Shown here one piece after another: positions 12,392 through 26,130 of a stretch of 64,000 nucleotides of DNA; the stretch's first letter is position 1; every line of letters starts with the position of its first letter. Source of the stretch: Octopus vulgaris. Its lineage: Eukaryota. Position numbers and translations under genes: made by a program. The stretch spans positions 32,488,001 to 32,552,000 of the forward strand of contig OX597839.1 of NCBI GenBank assembly GCA_951406725.2. Reading direction: 5' to 3'. The notes below the pieces were generated by a model that saw only the letters and a program-made list of their open reading frames with translations, ran no database searches and was not told where the DNA came from.

Positions 12392-13109
12392 TCATATTGA
12401 TCTTTTCCTCATTTGGGACTGTAATGTCAATCATCTGGCACTTTCTATTCACTTTATCTACTACCACCGAATCAGGGCTTCTAGCTTCTATTATTCTGTC
12501 AATCTGACTGTTAAAGTCCCCCCCCCAACCTCTTATATTTCTTACTTTCTAGTACTTTACTTGGTTCATGTTCATACCATTTATCTTGAAGTTGTTCTTT
12601 CAGCCTCCCACGTAAACTACTAAATTTTTTTAGCCAGTACCCTTGAACTAAATCTAGCCCTGGGCCTTTTCAATTTGGCATTTTCCCTAACACTTTACTC
12701 ATTAATGCATTAGTTAATCATAGATCTGGCTGCTGCTTCTCGCTCACTACTTCTTCCCTCGCTTTCTTTAACCAATACTGCATCTCCATTAGGATTAACC
12801 GGCTTATCCCAAATATTACTCCAGAACTTTCTAGCTTCTTCTGCATTAGATTTCTCATCTTCAGTACTTCGTTATCCACTATTTATTTGATTATAAAATC
12901 TCTTCTGGTCTGTCTCAAATAATCTATTCTGTTAATTCTGATCTATTCTTTTCTGATATCTAGAGAGCTTGCCTGCTACTGCTATGATGCGCTATTTCAA
13001 CTCTTCTATTACTATCCAAAATCTTATCTATCTGACTTTAGTATCTTTTCTCGAGGGAAGATTTGCATCTTGTATTTCCTAGTTTGTTCAGTTTCCTGGT
13101 TTCTATTCT

Positions 13110-13295
13110 TCTGCGAAATATTTACCGGCATTTCGTCCGTCTTTACCATCTGATTTCAAACTCCGCCGAGGTCAACTTTACCTTTCATGCTTTCGGGGTC
13201 GATAAATTAAGTACCAGTTGTGTACTACGGTCGATGTTATCGACTAGCCCTCTTCCCTCAAAAACTGCTGACTCGGTGCCAAAATCTGGAACCAT
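13110..13295 (+). mobile_element. SINE family C relative (central CCTTTCATCCTTTCGGGGTCGATAAA domain)
   Basis: Homology to 46887..47115 with a different 3' end. Confidence 0.7.
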
Positions 13296-13442
13296 TATTT
13301 CCACTGCAAGCAGGTGCAAGTTTATGCGTCTGTATATTGGTGATGTCTACCTGAAACTTAATTTTGAGACGCTAATCTCCAACCCCCGACTCCGTTTCAT
13401 CTCCACACAAACACTGTTTCTATTATTAATATCGTTCGCTCG

Positions 13443-13501
<59 letters not shown>

Positions 13502-13532
13502 CTTTCTCTCTGTCTGTATCTCTCACTAGATA

Positions 13533-13830
13533 GATATGTTTCTTTATTAGCCACACAGGGCTGCACACAGACAGGACAAATTACAAGGTAGAGCTTTTCT
13601 TTTGGGGGTAAAAAAGGCGGTTTGGTTTTCGATCAAAAGGGATCGTAAAAGGAAAGAAAGAGGACAAAAAGGGAGGGATAAAATTTTAAAAAAAGAGGGG
13701 AGAATTGATCAATAGGGTTCGTTATCACAGAAATGTCAATATGAAATGTAAAGGGGGGGACAGGTGAGGTTTACCCGTGGAAAGAAAAGCCTACGGAAAA
13801 GACCACGGTAACCTCGGTCAATGAAGTCAC
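13533..13830 (-). mobile_element. 3' UTR of Tx1/L1-type LINE
   Basis: Reverse complement matches 36480..36740 (…CAGCCCTGTGTGGCTAATAAAGAAACATATC). Confidence 0.7.
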
Positions 13831-13881
13831 ATGTTATATTTCTTTTTTTCTTTTTTTTTTTTGCAAATAAGCAACTCTCTG

Positions 13882-13924
<43 letters not shown>

Positions 13925-14189
13925 GCATCAACATCATGAAATTTCATTTATCAGACACACGAACTGTAATACACACACACACACACACAGAGGAGTCGGT
14001 AAGTAAAACGACTTTGTACAACAGTTAGTGACATTTGACTGGGCAGACGACAGAAGAGCGAGAAAGACAGAAAGAGAAAGGTAACGGAGGTCAAACGTTG
14101 GATTAAGTATTAGAGGCAACAATAATTATATATGCAGAGATAAATATAAATGTGTGCGTGCGTATGTATGTATGCATGTGTGAGTATAT

Positions 14190-14730
<541 letters not shown>

Positions 14731-15179
14731 CACACACGCACACACATACATTCGTATGTTTCTATATCTGTCTGTCTGTCTGTCTATAAAGTTGTGTGTG
14801 TGTGTATGTATATATTCATATGCATGTATGGATCAGGCTCTCTCTCTCTCTGTATGTAAGTATGTGTGTGTGTGTGTGCGTGTGTGAGAGAGAAAGAGAG
14901 CGAGAAGAAATAAAGAGAAATGAAGTGAAAGAAGAATGAGAAGAATATTTCTTTGTTCAACTCGAAATATTTTATTCTTTCTTTCTTTCTGTGATTCTTT
15001 CTTTCTTTCTTCGCGATCTGCTCTCTTTCATTCTTCCTTCCTTCATTTATTATTCATTTTGTTTTGTTGTTTTTTTTGTTTTTCGCTTCATTTCTTATTT
15101 TCTCTTTTTTTTTTCAATTTTTTTTTTTTCAATTTTTTTTTTTTTTTTCGTTCAGTGTAATTTCTGTTTACCATTAAGC

Positions 15180-15815
15180 ATCATCATCACCAACACCGCC
15201 ACCAGCAGCAGCATCATCATCATCGCCACCCCTACCATCCACACCGCCGTCATCACCATCATCATCATCATCACCACCACCACCACCATCTCCACCACAA
15301 TTATCAAGACCACCACCACCATCGCCATCATCATCATCATCATTACCATCACCATCACCACCATCACCACCACCACCATCGCCATCATCACCATCATCAT
15401 TACCATCACCATCACCATCACCACCACCATCACCACCACCATCGCCATCATCATCATCATCATCACCATTATAAAAATGATGATACTTATTAATAGATAA
15501 CCATCATCATCATCGTCACGATTTTATATTCATTCTGCTTCTTTGCACCTTTTTTTTTGTACCCTGAACTCCCTCTCCCTCCTCCTCTCTCTCTCTCTCT
15601 CGTCTTCCCTCTCTTCCTCTCTCTCTCTCTCTCTCGTCTTCCCTCTCTTCCTCTCTCTCTCTCTCGTCTTCCCTCTCTTCCTCTCTCTCTCTCTCTCTCG
15701 TCTTCCCTCTCTTCCTCTCTCTCTCTCTCGTCTTCCCTCTCTTCTCTCTCTCTCTCTCTCGTCTTCCCTCTCTCTCTCTCTCTCTCTCGTCTTCCCTCTC
15801 TTCCTCTCTCCTCTC
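15180..15815. repeat. (CAC/CAT)n tract followed by (CT)n-CGTCTTCCCTCTCTTC minisatellite
   Basis: Directly visible. Confidence 0.9.
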
Positions 15816-16534
15816 CTTCAGCCATTGAAGCGACATCAGTTTCCTGTCAAATAATGTTTACTTCATCCACGAATCATTTAACACACACAGAGGGAGGAGG
15901 AGAAGTGAGAGGAAGAGAAAGAGAGGTAGATAGATAGATAGATACAGACGAGGGGAGGTATAGAGAGAGAGCGAGAGAGAGAGTGGGGGAGAGAAGAGGG
16001 GAGAAAATAAATATAAAAAATTTTATTTAAAAAAAATTCAAATAAAAAAATGGAAAACAAATATAAAAAGTTAAGGGTAGAACAAACAGCAGCAGTAGCC
16101 GCAGCAGCAGCAACAACAAACAATAAATAAATAAATATAATAAAAGATAAACAACATCAAAAAGACATTTTGTAGACAAAAATCAACAGCAGCAGCAGCA
16201 GCAGCCGCAGAAGCAGCAGAAGCAAGAAGACTTAGAAGAACATGAAAAACATTTTTTTTGTCTTTTGAAGAGAGAAAGATTTTATTTGTTTGGTTTTTCT
16301 TTTTGTTTTTTGTTTTGTTTTGTTTTTTTCATTCCTTCACTCCTTCATCGTTTATAAATTCTTACATTCCTTGTGTTCTTATATTCGTTCATTCAGGCAC
16401 TCATCATCATCATCATCATTATTATTATTATCATGACTTTATCATTATCGTGATGATAATGATGACGATGACGGCGATAAGCAACATCCGTTGAGTGCAC
16501 ATGCGCATACATACACACACACACACACACACTG

Positions 16535-16820
16535 ACACTCCGTCGGTTACGAAACAGCCAGCTGGTGAAAATTAACGTGCAAAATGGCTGAGTACTCCGC
16601 AGACTCGCGTACCCTTAACGTAGTTCTGACGGAGATTCAGCATGGCTGAGAATGTAACAAGACTAGCTCTTCAAATTACGGTTGCAAATCAGTTTTGGCA
16701 GCCAATTTGGACTGGGGCGACGTGAATTAAAAGTGTCTTGCTCACTGACACAAGGCGACGCCTGGAATCGAACGCGCGACCATGAACTGATTACCGTTAA
16801 CCACTAAGCCACGCGCCTTC
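16535..16820 (-). mobile_element. Diverged SINE B relative
   Basis: CACTCCGTCGGTTACG...ACCCTTAACGTAGTTCT and tRNA-like head on minus strand. Confidence 0.7.
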
Positions 16821-17049
16821 ACTTGGTAATACAGTAAGTTGTTGGCATCCTTTTTGTCTCGGGAGACAATGGAGTTGCGCATAAAGTAGTCTAGTCCGGC
16901 TTTTATATTTCATGTCCTGATACATTTCCTGCTGTGGCTGTGTAGTCCTATCCTGGACAAACACTCCCTCTAGTGGCAGGTACCGCAAATGTAGCGAAGA
17001 CTGTTCCTGGCTGGTTGTAGTGTCATAGTTTCTTGTTGACGTCTTTTCT

Positions 17050-17235
17050 TGTCTTTCCATTTCTCCTCTCTCTCTCTCTGTCACTCCTTTGTATTCCCTC
17101 TTTTACGGTACGTCGCCAGTCTCCATGGTTGCCGGCAACTGCCTCCCAACCGCTAATATTGATGTTGCAGGCCTTCATGTCCCTTTTGCAAACATCCTTG
17201 TAACGTAAGATCGGTCTGCCCACAGATCTAGTACC
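17050..17235 (-). mobile_element. RTE-type LINE 3' fragment
   Basis: GRPILRYKDVCKRDMKACNINISGWEAVAGNHGDWRRTVKEG. Confidence 0.8.
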
Positions 17236-18139
17236 CCTACAATACAGTAAGTAACCCCTTGCAATATATCGCGGTTCAGCTATCGCGCATTCAGTACATC
17301 ATGTAGCATCACCAACTTTTCAGATGCAAATTACAGGATGCCTCGAAAGAGGTCTGGCCACAACCTGTTTGAAGGTGGCAGGTAAGGGGTCAAGAAGGGA
17401 GTGAATCGAGGGTCCTCATTTGTTTCATCCCGACCATGCGTCTCCAGTCTCGAAAATGGCTTCAAGCCAAGGAACTACCCTGGTATGTCTGAGATCTTAT
17501 CAGGGCTTTGTTCTGCCCTTTCCGCGTTCCTTTATCAATTTACCCTTAATCTGTCATTGGTAGTGTTCACCCCCGAAGCGTACTTTAAGTATTTCGATGC
17601 CTACGTTTTTGTATTTGCGAAGTATTCTGCAAGTATTTGCACCCTCAACCAGGATTGACAGACCGAATACATGACAAAATGGCTTAGCCCCTAAACGACA
17701 ACCGGGTCTGATTTACAAGATCTTAGGCGTGGCTGTCTAGTTAAAGAAGCTTGCTTCCCAACCTCATGTATGTATGGAGGGGAGAATTCACGAAAAAAAA
17801 AAGACGAAGACAGGTGGTGTAGAAAACTAAGGACAAGGATATCTGGTGTGCAAGGATTATTATATTGGTTCGGGAGAGTCGCACGAGCAGACGGTGAAGA
17901 TGTTTGTGTCTGAGAATACTTTCTCTTCCTTATCAAACTGTAACATTGTAAAGTATACAAGTACAAAGTCTGGGGGTGACTGCGTGTATGTACGCGTATG
18001 AATACTTCTGGCTGTGTGTGATCAGATCTGGGTCACCAATTTTTGGAATACATGCTTTTCCACTAGACTTTTTCATTCCCTGAAGACACACTTTTATGCA
18101 TATATACGATTACGCACGCACATATATATGTACGTACGT

Positions 18140-18182
<43 letters not shown>

Positions 18183-18329
18183 GTATGCATATTTGTATGT
18201 ATGCGTGTATGTAAGTGTCCATACATGTTGTACATGTGTATGCATATGTTTGTATAGTATGTATATATGAATTATGATTGTGTATATATGTGTGTATATA
18301 ATATATATGGATATGTTTATATATCTACA

Positions 18330-18412
<83 letters not shown>

Positions 18413-18427
18413 GTGTGTGTGTATATA

Positions 18428-18460
<33 letters not shown>

Positions 18461-18501
18461 ATATATGTGTGTGTGTGTATATATGTGTGTGTGTGTATAT
18501 A

Positions 18502-18546
<45 letters not shown>

Positions 18547-18551
18547 ATATA

Positions 18552-18598
<47 letters not shown>

Positions 18599-18609
18599 AT
18601 ATATGTGTG

Positions 18610-18646
<37 letters not shown>

Positions 18647-18653
18647 ATATATA

Positions 18654-18696
<43 letters not shown>

Positions 18697-18737
18697 ATAT
18701 ATATATATATATATGTATGTATATATTTATGTGTGTG

Positions 18738-18769
<32 letters not shown>

Positions 18770-18770
18770 G
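18140..18770. repeat. (TA)n/(TG)n compound microsatellite
   Basis: Directly visible. Confidence 0.95.
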
Positions 18771-19092
18771 ACAATGCACATACCGCGCATACAATCGCGT
18801 AGCTATTTCATTCGGTCGAGCTAAGAGCTATTCAACTTAGCATGTTGAAATTCGAGAATGTTCTTTGTGAGTTGTCTGTGAGTGGTTCAACGGCAGGATG
18901 TTTACCAAAATATCCACAAGGCACCACTTGAAGCGCACGAAATTGTGCATTCATCTGGCAAGTGCGAAGGAAATGGAGTCGCTTTAAGCAGAAGATGGAG
19001 CACAAAGTTTGAACATGTAACTTTCCCCGGTAGAACTACGAAAAACGCATGCAATAACGGCAACAAAAAGAGCTGTAGTGGTGGTGGTGGTG

Positions 19093-19138
<46 letters not shown>

Positions 19139-19261
19139 CAGCAGCAGTAGTAGTAGTAGCAGCAGCAGCTTCAGCTTCAGCAGCGGAGGTTTCTTTGTCA
19201 CAAAATCAACAACCAAATATATCTAAAGACAGCAGAAAATGTGCAACGTGAAATTCTTCAG

Positions 19262-19295
<34 letters not shown>

Positions 19296-19336
19296 TCCTA
19301 TTTATGTGTTCGTATGTATATATTTGTCCACACATA

Positions 19337-19369
<33 letters not shown>

Positions 19370-20067
19370 GCATACGTGTATATTCCATCAAGAAGACAAG
19401 TTAAGGAGAAACTCTAGTCTCAGTTGGAAATATATATATATATAATATATATATATATTTCCTTATTCATTCGAAATACACCATTTCTGCACCTTGATTT
19501 TGAATCATTACATATATATGTATGTATGTATATATATATATATATACAAATATGTGTGCGTATACGCATATATACAAATATATAGAAACATATACACGTA
19601 TGTATATATATATATATATATATACATACATACACATATATACACAAATATATGTTCAAAAATATATGTGTATATATGCAGATATCTGGGTGTATGCAGT
19701 CATTGTATGTTACAGACTATAAATTTATTCGACCGAGGCCGTTGGTCGTTGTTTTAACATTCATCAGGCAGACGACATGGCGTTGTAAAATGATTTTTTT
19801 TTGTCTTCTAAGATGTCGTCTGGATTCCATTGTTTCGCTGCTTAACACAAAACACGTGAGTCTTTCGTAGGAGATCGCCATTTCCAACTGAGACTAGAGT
19901 TTCTCCTAAATTTGTCTTCTTGATGGAATAATGGTTTACCTGACAGCAAAAATAATTATTTCGTGCTTGGATATCAAAATAATTTTTTGTTTGACTCGAT
20001 AAAATTTGATGTAAAATAATTCTCTCGTCTGTTGCATGGAAGACCACATAGCTCTTAATCGCTTCAT

Positions 20068-20430
20068 CTTTTACTTGTTTCAGTCAATTTTGACTGCGGC
20101 CATGCTGGAGCACCGCCTTGCAGGCTTTTAATCGGACAGACCGTCTCCAAGAGGTTTTTTTTTCTTTTGAAGCCTGGTACTTATTCTATCAGTCTCTTTT
20201 TGCCAAACTGCTAGGTCACGGGGATGTAAACACCCCAACAACGGTTATCGAGCGGTGGTGGTGGACAGACACAAACACACACAAAGACGCTCGCACACAC
20301 ATACGACGGGCTTCTTTCAGTTTCCGTCTACCAAATCTGCTCACAACGTTTTGGTTGGTCCGAAGCTATAGAAGACACTTATCCAAGGTGCCACGCAGTG
20401 GGACTGAACCCGTGACCATGTGGTTAAGCT
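20068..20430 (-). mobile_element. SINE family A (diverged)
   Basis: Homology to family A. Confidence 0.8.
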
Positions 20431-20460
20431 TTACTAATACCAAAGAGTAATCTTTATCTT

Positions 20461-20679
20461 CACTTAAGAGTAGACCTTGTGTTAGAACACAGAATACTGC
20501 ATTAGATACCATGAGAGAATCTCCCGTGCGTACTCGTGGTGCATATAAGCACTCGTGTTTATATCGCTAGCGGGAGATAATCGTCCGCAACCGCCATGCA
20601 CCACTAGTCCATACGAGAGCCTCTCTCATCATAAATAACACAGTATTTTGTCCTCTAACACAGCATCCACTTTTCAGTG
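20461..20679. mobile_element. MITE-like element with long imperfect terminal inverted repeats
   Basis: CACTTAAGAGTAGA..TGTGTTAGA..AATACTG..GTGGTGCAT mirrored by ATGCACCAC..CAGTATT..TCTAACACA..TCCACTTTTCAGTG. Confidence 0.65.
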
Positions 20680-20842
20680 GGGATAAATATTACCTTACAT
20701 ACATATATGTGTGTGTGTGTGTCTTATAATTTAGAACAAGCATTAAGTTGTCATTATAATACTCGGAGTTTCGAATGTCGGAGCGAAGCTACGATGCATT
20801 ATCGTCGGCTATTAATGACAATACATGCTTTTATTATATATA

Positions 20843-21414
20843 CTAGCAGTATAGCACAGCGTTGCTCGAGCTTGTTTTCTTTTCGACCCTTTAGAATTAG
20901 AATTTTTGAAAAGTAAAAATTTTACATCATGTAGCTTGTTGTTCTCTTTAAGTGAAAATTTTTCTGGTCGAAATACACCGAAAAATGGCGACACAGCAAT
21001 AAAAAAAAATCGTAAAAAATAGGGTTTTTCATAGAAATAAAGCACCTTTTTGATGTAAATAATTTTTGGTGTTAACATGGTCCGATTTGAATTTTTTCTT
21101 CTTCGGAAGGAAGAGCAAGCCTTCTTCTAGCATACTCTCAATTTTGGCTAACTTGCACCGCAGGGTCTCAAAGGAGATAGTGTTAGTTGAAGGCTACCAA
21201 ACGTGCCACACACAGACAACTTCATGTAAATAATTTTTGGTGTTAACATGGTCTGATTTGAATTTTTTCTTCTACGGAATGAAGAGCAAGCCTTCTTCTA
21301 GCATACTCTCAATTTTGGCCAACTTGCGCCGCAGGGTCTCCGGAGGAGATAGTGTTAGTTGAAGGCTACCAAACCTACCACACACACAGACAACTTCAGT
21401 TTTATATATATAGA
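20843..21414 (-). mobile_element. Non-autonomous Helitron with internal tandem duplication of about 170 bp
   Basis: A|CTAG...GA|T on plus strand (TC...CTAG on minus); duplicated block near 21053..21222 and 21224..21397; sister copy at 55818. Confidence 0.8.
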
Positions 21415-21895
21415 TTATTATTATTATATAACATAATGTAAGTCCTGATAGGTTAGAGATCCGTTATCTATGCGACTGTCTGTCTGTTTGTCTGTCTGTC
21501 TCATGTCATCTTCATCTTTGTTATCATCGACCTTATCGTCATTTCCATCATTATCGTCATAAATATCGACATACATAGATTTCTTCTCCTGACACCCTCG
21601 TTGGTTTAGCCCTCATCGTCTTTTCTAAAGTTCCACTTGAAAAGGAAACTTATGGTGGAAAAGGAAGTGTTCTGTCCCCGTGAATTTCTCAAAACATGGA
21701 TGACAATCAAAAATTGTTAGACCACAGATTTTTTCCGTTTTTTTTTTTTATTTTGGGGAGCGGTCGGGTTCATTTTTTTGTATTCTTGTTTGTGAGAGCA
21801 GTCGAGTTTATTTCAGATAATCTCATTATAAAGAATTATCTCTGGCTAATCGTTGAGAGGACATTGGTGTTACCTTGGTGGAGGTATGCACTCTC

Positions 21896-21896
<1 letters not shown>

Positions 21897-21953
<57 letters not shown>

Positions 21954-22427
21954 CATTATTATTATTATTATTCAGTAGTTTTATTTTTATAGCGTGCTTT
22001 CACTTCACTACTGTGTGCCTTGGGTATGTGTTGTGATTTGTTGTAGTGCTCTGATGGTTATTGTATTTTTATTATTATTTTTATTGTTATTATTATTATT
22101 CTTATTATTGTTATTTTTATTATTATTGTTATTTTTATTGTGATTTTTATTATTATTATCATTTTTATTATTATTTTTATTATTATTGATATTTTTATTA
22201 TTATCATTTTTATTATTATTATTATTATCATTTTTATTATTATTGTTATTTTTATTATTGTTATTTTTATTATCATTATTATTATTATTATTATTACTCA
22301 CTATTTTCAACCAAAATATCAAACCCCCTCTTCTCCTCTTCCTTCTCATCTTCATTCCTCCATTTTTACTTTCATTCTCCCGCTCCCCCACCACCACCAC
22401 CACCACCACCACCATGCCTCTTTTCTC

Positions 22428-22485
<58 letters not shown>

Positions 22486-22696
22486 GCCCGCCATGTTTAT
22501 TCCTGCCGATCCCTTTTGTCCCCACTCCCACCTCCATCATTATCCACAACGTCGTCTTCCTGATTATTAAAGACTGTCTTATCACCCCATTACAATTATC
22601 ATCATAATCATCATCATCATCACCACCACAGCCATCATCATCATCATCATCATCATCATCACCATCACCACCACCATCATCATCATCATCATCATC

Positions 22697-22730
<34 letters not shown>

Positions 22731-22868
22731 CACCACCACCACCACCACCATCATCACCACCACCACATCATCATCATCATCACCACCACCATCACCACCA
22801 CCATCACCACCACCATCATCATCATCATCATCATCACCAACACCATCATCATCATCATCATCATCACC

Positions 22869-22902
<34 letters not shown>

Positions 22903-22910
22903 CCACCACC

Positions 22911-22944
<34 letters not shown>

Positions 22945-23125
22945 CCACCACCACCACCACCATCATCATCACCACCACCACCAACACCATCACCATCATC
23001 ATAGATATGAAGATGATGATGAACCTCATCTTCATATCTTTTGTTTTGTAAACACTACAATCATCATCATCATCATTTTCTTCTTTCGTAATAATAATAA
23101 TAATGATGATGATGATGATGATGAT
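21897..23125. repeat. (TAT)n, (CT)n and (CAT/CAC)n tracts; includes a short R4/Dong-like 3' UTR at about 21970..22060
   Basis: Directly visible; 21970..22060 resembles 10180..10275. Confidence 0.85.
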
Positions 23126-23191
23126 AACGTTATGTCTTTTATTCGGTGTTCCATGAGTGTGTTGCCTTTGGCAGCTCTGCTCCGATATAAA

Positions 23192-23233
<42 letters not shown>

Positions 23234-23239
23234 AAGAGA

Positions 23240-23270
<31 letters not shown>

Positions 23271-23354
23271 CGAGGATTATACAGTTTATTTGCTTGTTTT
23301 TAGATTATGTGGTGCCTCCATAAATATGTAAATTATTTATTCCTCTAGGGCAGA

Positions 23355-23396
<42 letters not shown>

Positions 23397-23599
23397 GAAT
23401 GCGTGTGTACATGTGTAATGCGTTTATGAAAACATACATACATATATATATACGTGTGTGTGTGTGTGTATGTTAAATATATTCATAAATCTGAATAGAT
23501 ATTTGAAGATATATATATATATATATAAAAGGAACTACAAGGTGTTGGGAGCCCTTTTCTTTCTTGTATCTACTCACCCGTATACACACACACCCATCT

Positions 23600-23850
23600 T
23601 AGAGGCGGAAGCTTCTTGAATCTTTACTCCGAGTATCACGTTGCCTTTTATTGAAATCACCAATGAAGGAGAGTAGCGTGACACTATATCAGCAAAAATA
23701 TTCACCAGCAAATCAAAATACGGTGAACTGTAGATGTTGCTACCTATCCATCCTACCTTCTGCACCCCTGTTTGTCGGAGAATCTTGGGGTTCGAGTCCT
23801 CAAGTACCTCCCTCATTACACTTCTGGACGGATTCCCAAGCATGACCAGC
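23600..23850 (-). mobile_element. Possible decayed LINE APE endonuclease fragment
   Basis: SNIYSSP followed, after a frameshift, by IGDFN. Confidence 0.35.
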
Positions 23851-23857
23851 TGGGACT

Positions 23858-24069
23858 TTTTCTTGTTTCAGTCATTTTACAGCAGCCATGCTGGAGCAAC
23901 TCTTTAAAAGGTTTTTTTAATCGAAGAAATCAACCCCAGGACTTATTCTTTTGTAAGCCTAATACTTATTCTATCGGCCTCTTTTGCCGAACCACTAAGT
24001 TACGGGGACAAACACACCAGCGTCGGTTGTCAAGCGATGGCCGGGTGACATACGCACACACACACACAA

Positions 24070-24108
<39 letters not shown>

Positions 24109-24628
24109 CGACGGGCTTTTTTCAGTTTCTGTCGACTAAATCCACTCACAAGACTTTAATCGGCTCGAGGTTTATGTTAGTTAGTTAATTATTTGGCTCA
24201 AAAAGCAAAAAAGCAAGGCCATGTAGGGGGACAAGGAGTTATGTACAGGGAATGTGTTCATGCAAAGAGTTCAGGCCATTTCTGGTCAAGGAAGACTTTG
24301 AACCGAGCGGTCGTCGGCATCTTCACCATCTCGTCCGGCAGCTTATTCCACGGATCCGCAACCCGGACGGAGAAAGCCCCTCTCCTTCGATTGAGATGAA
24401 ATCGTCGCAGATAGAGCTTTTCGGAGTGACCCCGCAGCCGACGCTCTGGAGCAGGAGTGAAGAACAGCTCTTTCGAGAGGTTACACTTTCCGCTTATGAT
24501 GTTGTGAGCAAGAATGAGATCACCACGGCGTCGTTATAGTAGATGGTACATGGCCAAGGTGCCACGCAGTTGAACTGAACATGTTGTTGGGGAGCAAGCT
24601 TCTAACCATACAGCCACGCCTGCGCCTA
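23858..24628 (-). mobile_element. SINE A interrupted by a LINE 3' end
   Basis: SINE halves at 23858..24170 and about 24536..24628. Confidence 0.75.
24172..24535 (-). mobile_element. CR1/L2-type LINE 3' end with (TAAC)n tail
   Basis: HLNRRRGAFSVRVADPWNKLPDEMVKMPTTARFKVFLD. Confidence 0.8.
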
Positions 24629-24679
24629 AGGATATTATACAATCATCTTGTTCTTTTTCAGTTCCTTGGTCTTCTACTA

Positions 24680-24960
24680 ATTGGTTCGGTTTCAAGAATC
24701 TGTCTTGTGGCTCTTCCCCGTGACACTCCAATCACGTGTACGGTAGAACAGAAGTTGGTGTCTCTCAGTGTTGAGAAGTATTGGCTCAACTTGGAGAGAC
24801 CTGCTGATCTCTGAGCTGTGCACCCTGTCGACTAATCTCACTCCACAGGCCCTTCGGGCGAACCCCATTTCGGCTGCTTGTATCTGCAACCGTTCACTTT
24901 CCCTCAGTACCCGATCTTTGTGATCATTGGTGAAGGCAAGCATGAAAACCGAATTGAAGA
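24680..24960 (-). mobile_element. RTE-type LINE RT C-terminal fragment
   Basis: QIQAAEMGFARRACGVRLVDRVHSSEISRSLQVEPILLNTERHQL. Confidence 0.8.
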
Positions 24961-24989
24961 TTCACGTGGGTGTTCTACTCCTAGGTCTT

Positions 24990-25325
24990 TTCAACCACAT
25001 GGTTCCGGGTTCAGTCCCACTACGTGGCACCTTCGGCGAGTGTCTTCTACTATAGCCTCAGGCCAACCAAAGCCTTGTGAGTGGATTTGGTACATGAAAG
25101 CTGAAAGAAACCCATTGTGTGTGTGTGTGTCCCACTACCACTGCTTGATAACCGGCGCTGGTGTGTTTACGTGCTCGTGACTTAGTGCTTCGGCAAAAAG
25201 AGACCGGTAGAATAAGTACCGGGCCTTAAAATAAAGATAATTTCTGAGTTAGATTCGTTCGATTGAAATTCGTGAAGGCGGGGCCCCAGCATGGCCGCAG
25301 TCTAATGACTGAAACAAGTAAACGT
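24990..25325 (+). mobile_element. SINE family A relative
   Basis: Homology to family A. Confidence 0.8.
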
Positions 25326-25419
25326 TAAAAAAAATGGATTCATGCTTTTATGACTTCAGTATCAGACACACAGACACAAGCAGAAAATGGGACGATTGTT
25401 AAGGAAAGTTTATTCTTTT

Positions 25420-25590
25420 CAACTCTAGGCACAAGGCCCGAAATTTGGGGGGAGGGGTCCAGTCGATTATATCGACCCCAGTGCGTAACTGGTGCTTAAT
25501 TTATCGACCCCCGAAAGGATGAAAGGCAAAGTCGACCTCAGCGGAATTTGAACTCAGAACGTAAAGACAGACGAAATACCACAAAGCATT
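25420..25590 (-). mobile_element. SINE family C relative
   Basis: CCCGAAAGGATGAAAGGCAAAGTCGACC core. Confidence 0.75.
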
Positions 25591-25749
25591 GATGATGATT
25601 TGTGTCAGTCATTTTGTGAATGATGAATTCGTTTCGTGAGAAATAATCCATTTTATCCAGTGAACAGTTTGGAAATTCCGTAAATGGGAAAATAGCCATG
25701 TTTTGTTGAAAATAACAAACGGTTGTAATATGTTATATTTTTCCTGATG

Positions 25750-26130
25750 TGGAGGCGCAATGGCCCAGTGGTTAGGGCAGCGGACTCGCGGTCGTAGGAT
25801 CGCGGTTTCGATTCCCAGACCGGGCGTTGTGAGTGTTTATTGATCAAAAACACCTAAAAGATCCACGAGGCTCCGGCAGGGATGGTGGTGATCCCTGCTG
25901 TACTCTTTCACCACAACTTTCTCTCACTCTTACTTCCTGTTTCTGTTGTACCTGTATTTCAAAGGGCCGGCCTTGTCACTCTCTGTGTCACGCTGAATCT
26001 CCCCGAGAACTACGTTAAGGGTACACGTGTCTGTGGAGTGCTCAGCCACTTGCACGTTAATATTACGAGCAGGCTGTTCCGTTGATTCGGATCAACCGGA
26101 ACCCTCATCTTTGTAACCGACGGAGTGCTT
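25750..26130 (+). mobile_element. SINE family B
   Basis: Full length; TSD ATTTTTCCTGAT. Confidence 0.9.

Larger units (their letters stand above)
10170..13075 (-). mobile_element. Cluster of R4/Dong-like (restriction-like endonuclease) non-LTR retrotransposon fragments in (TAA)n tracts, interrupted by SINEs
   Basis: Motifs RSSDIV...LIIDVAV...EREKVDKYGDL; KTALLGTSRILR; YQDLAIE...GIPVVIGALG; QNRLFETDQKRFY...FWSNIWD; segments bounded by (TAA)n. Confidence 0.75.

Noticed and set aside
16080-16250. CAG-rich polyQ/polyA-like exon
   Set aside because: No sustained ORF or splice boundaries; may be UTR or simple repeat
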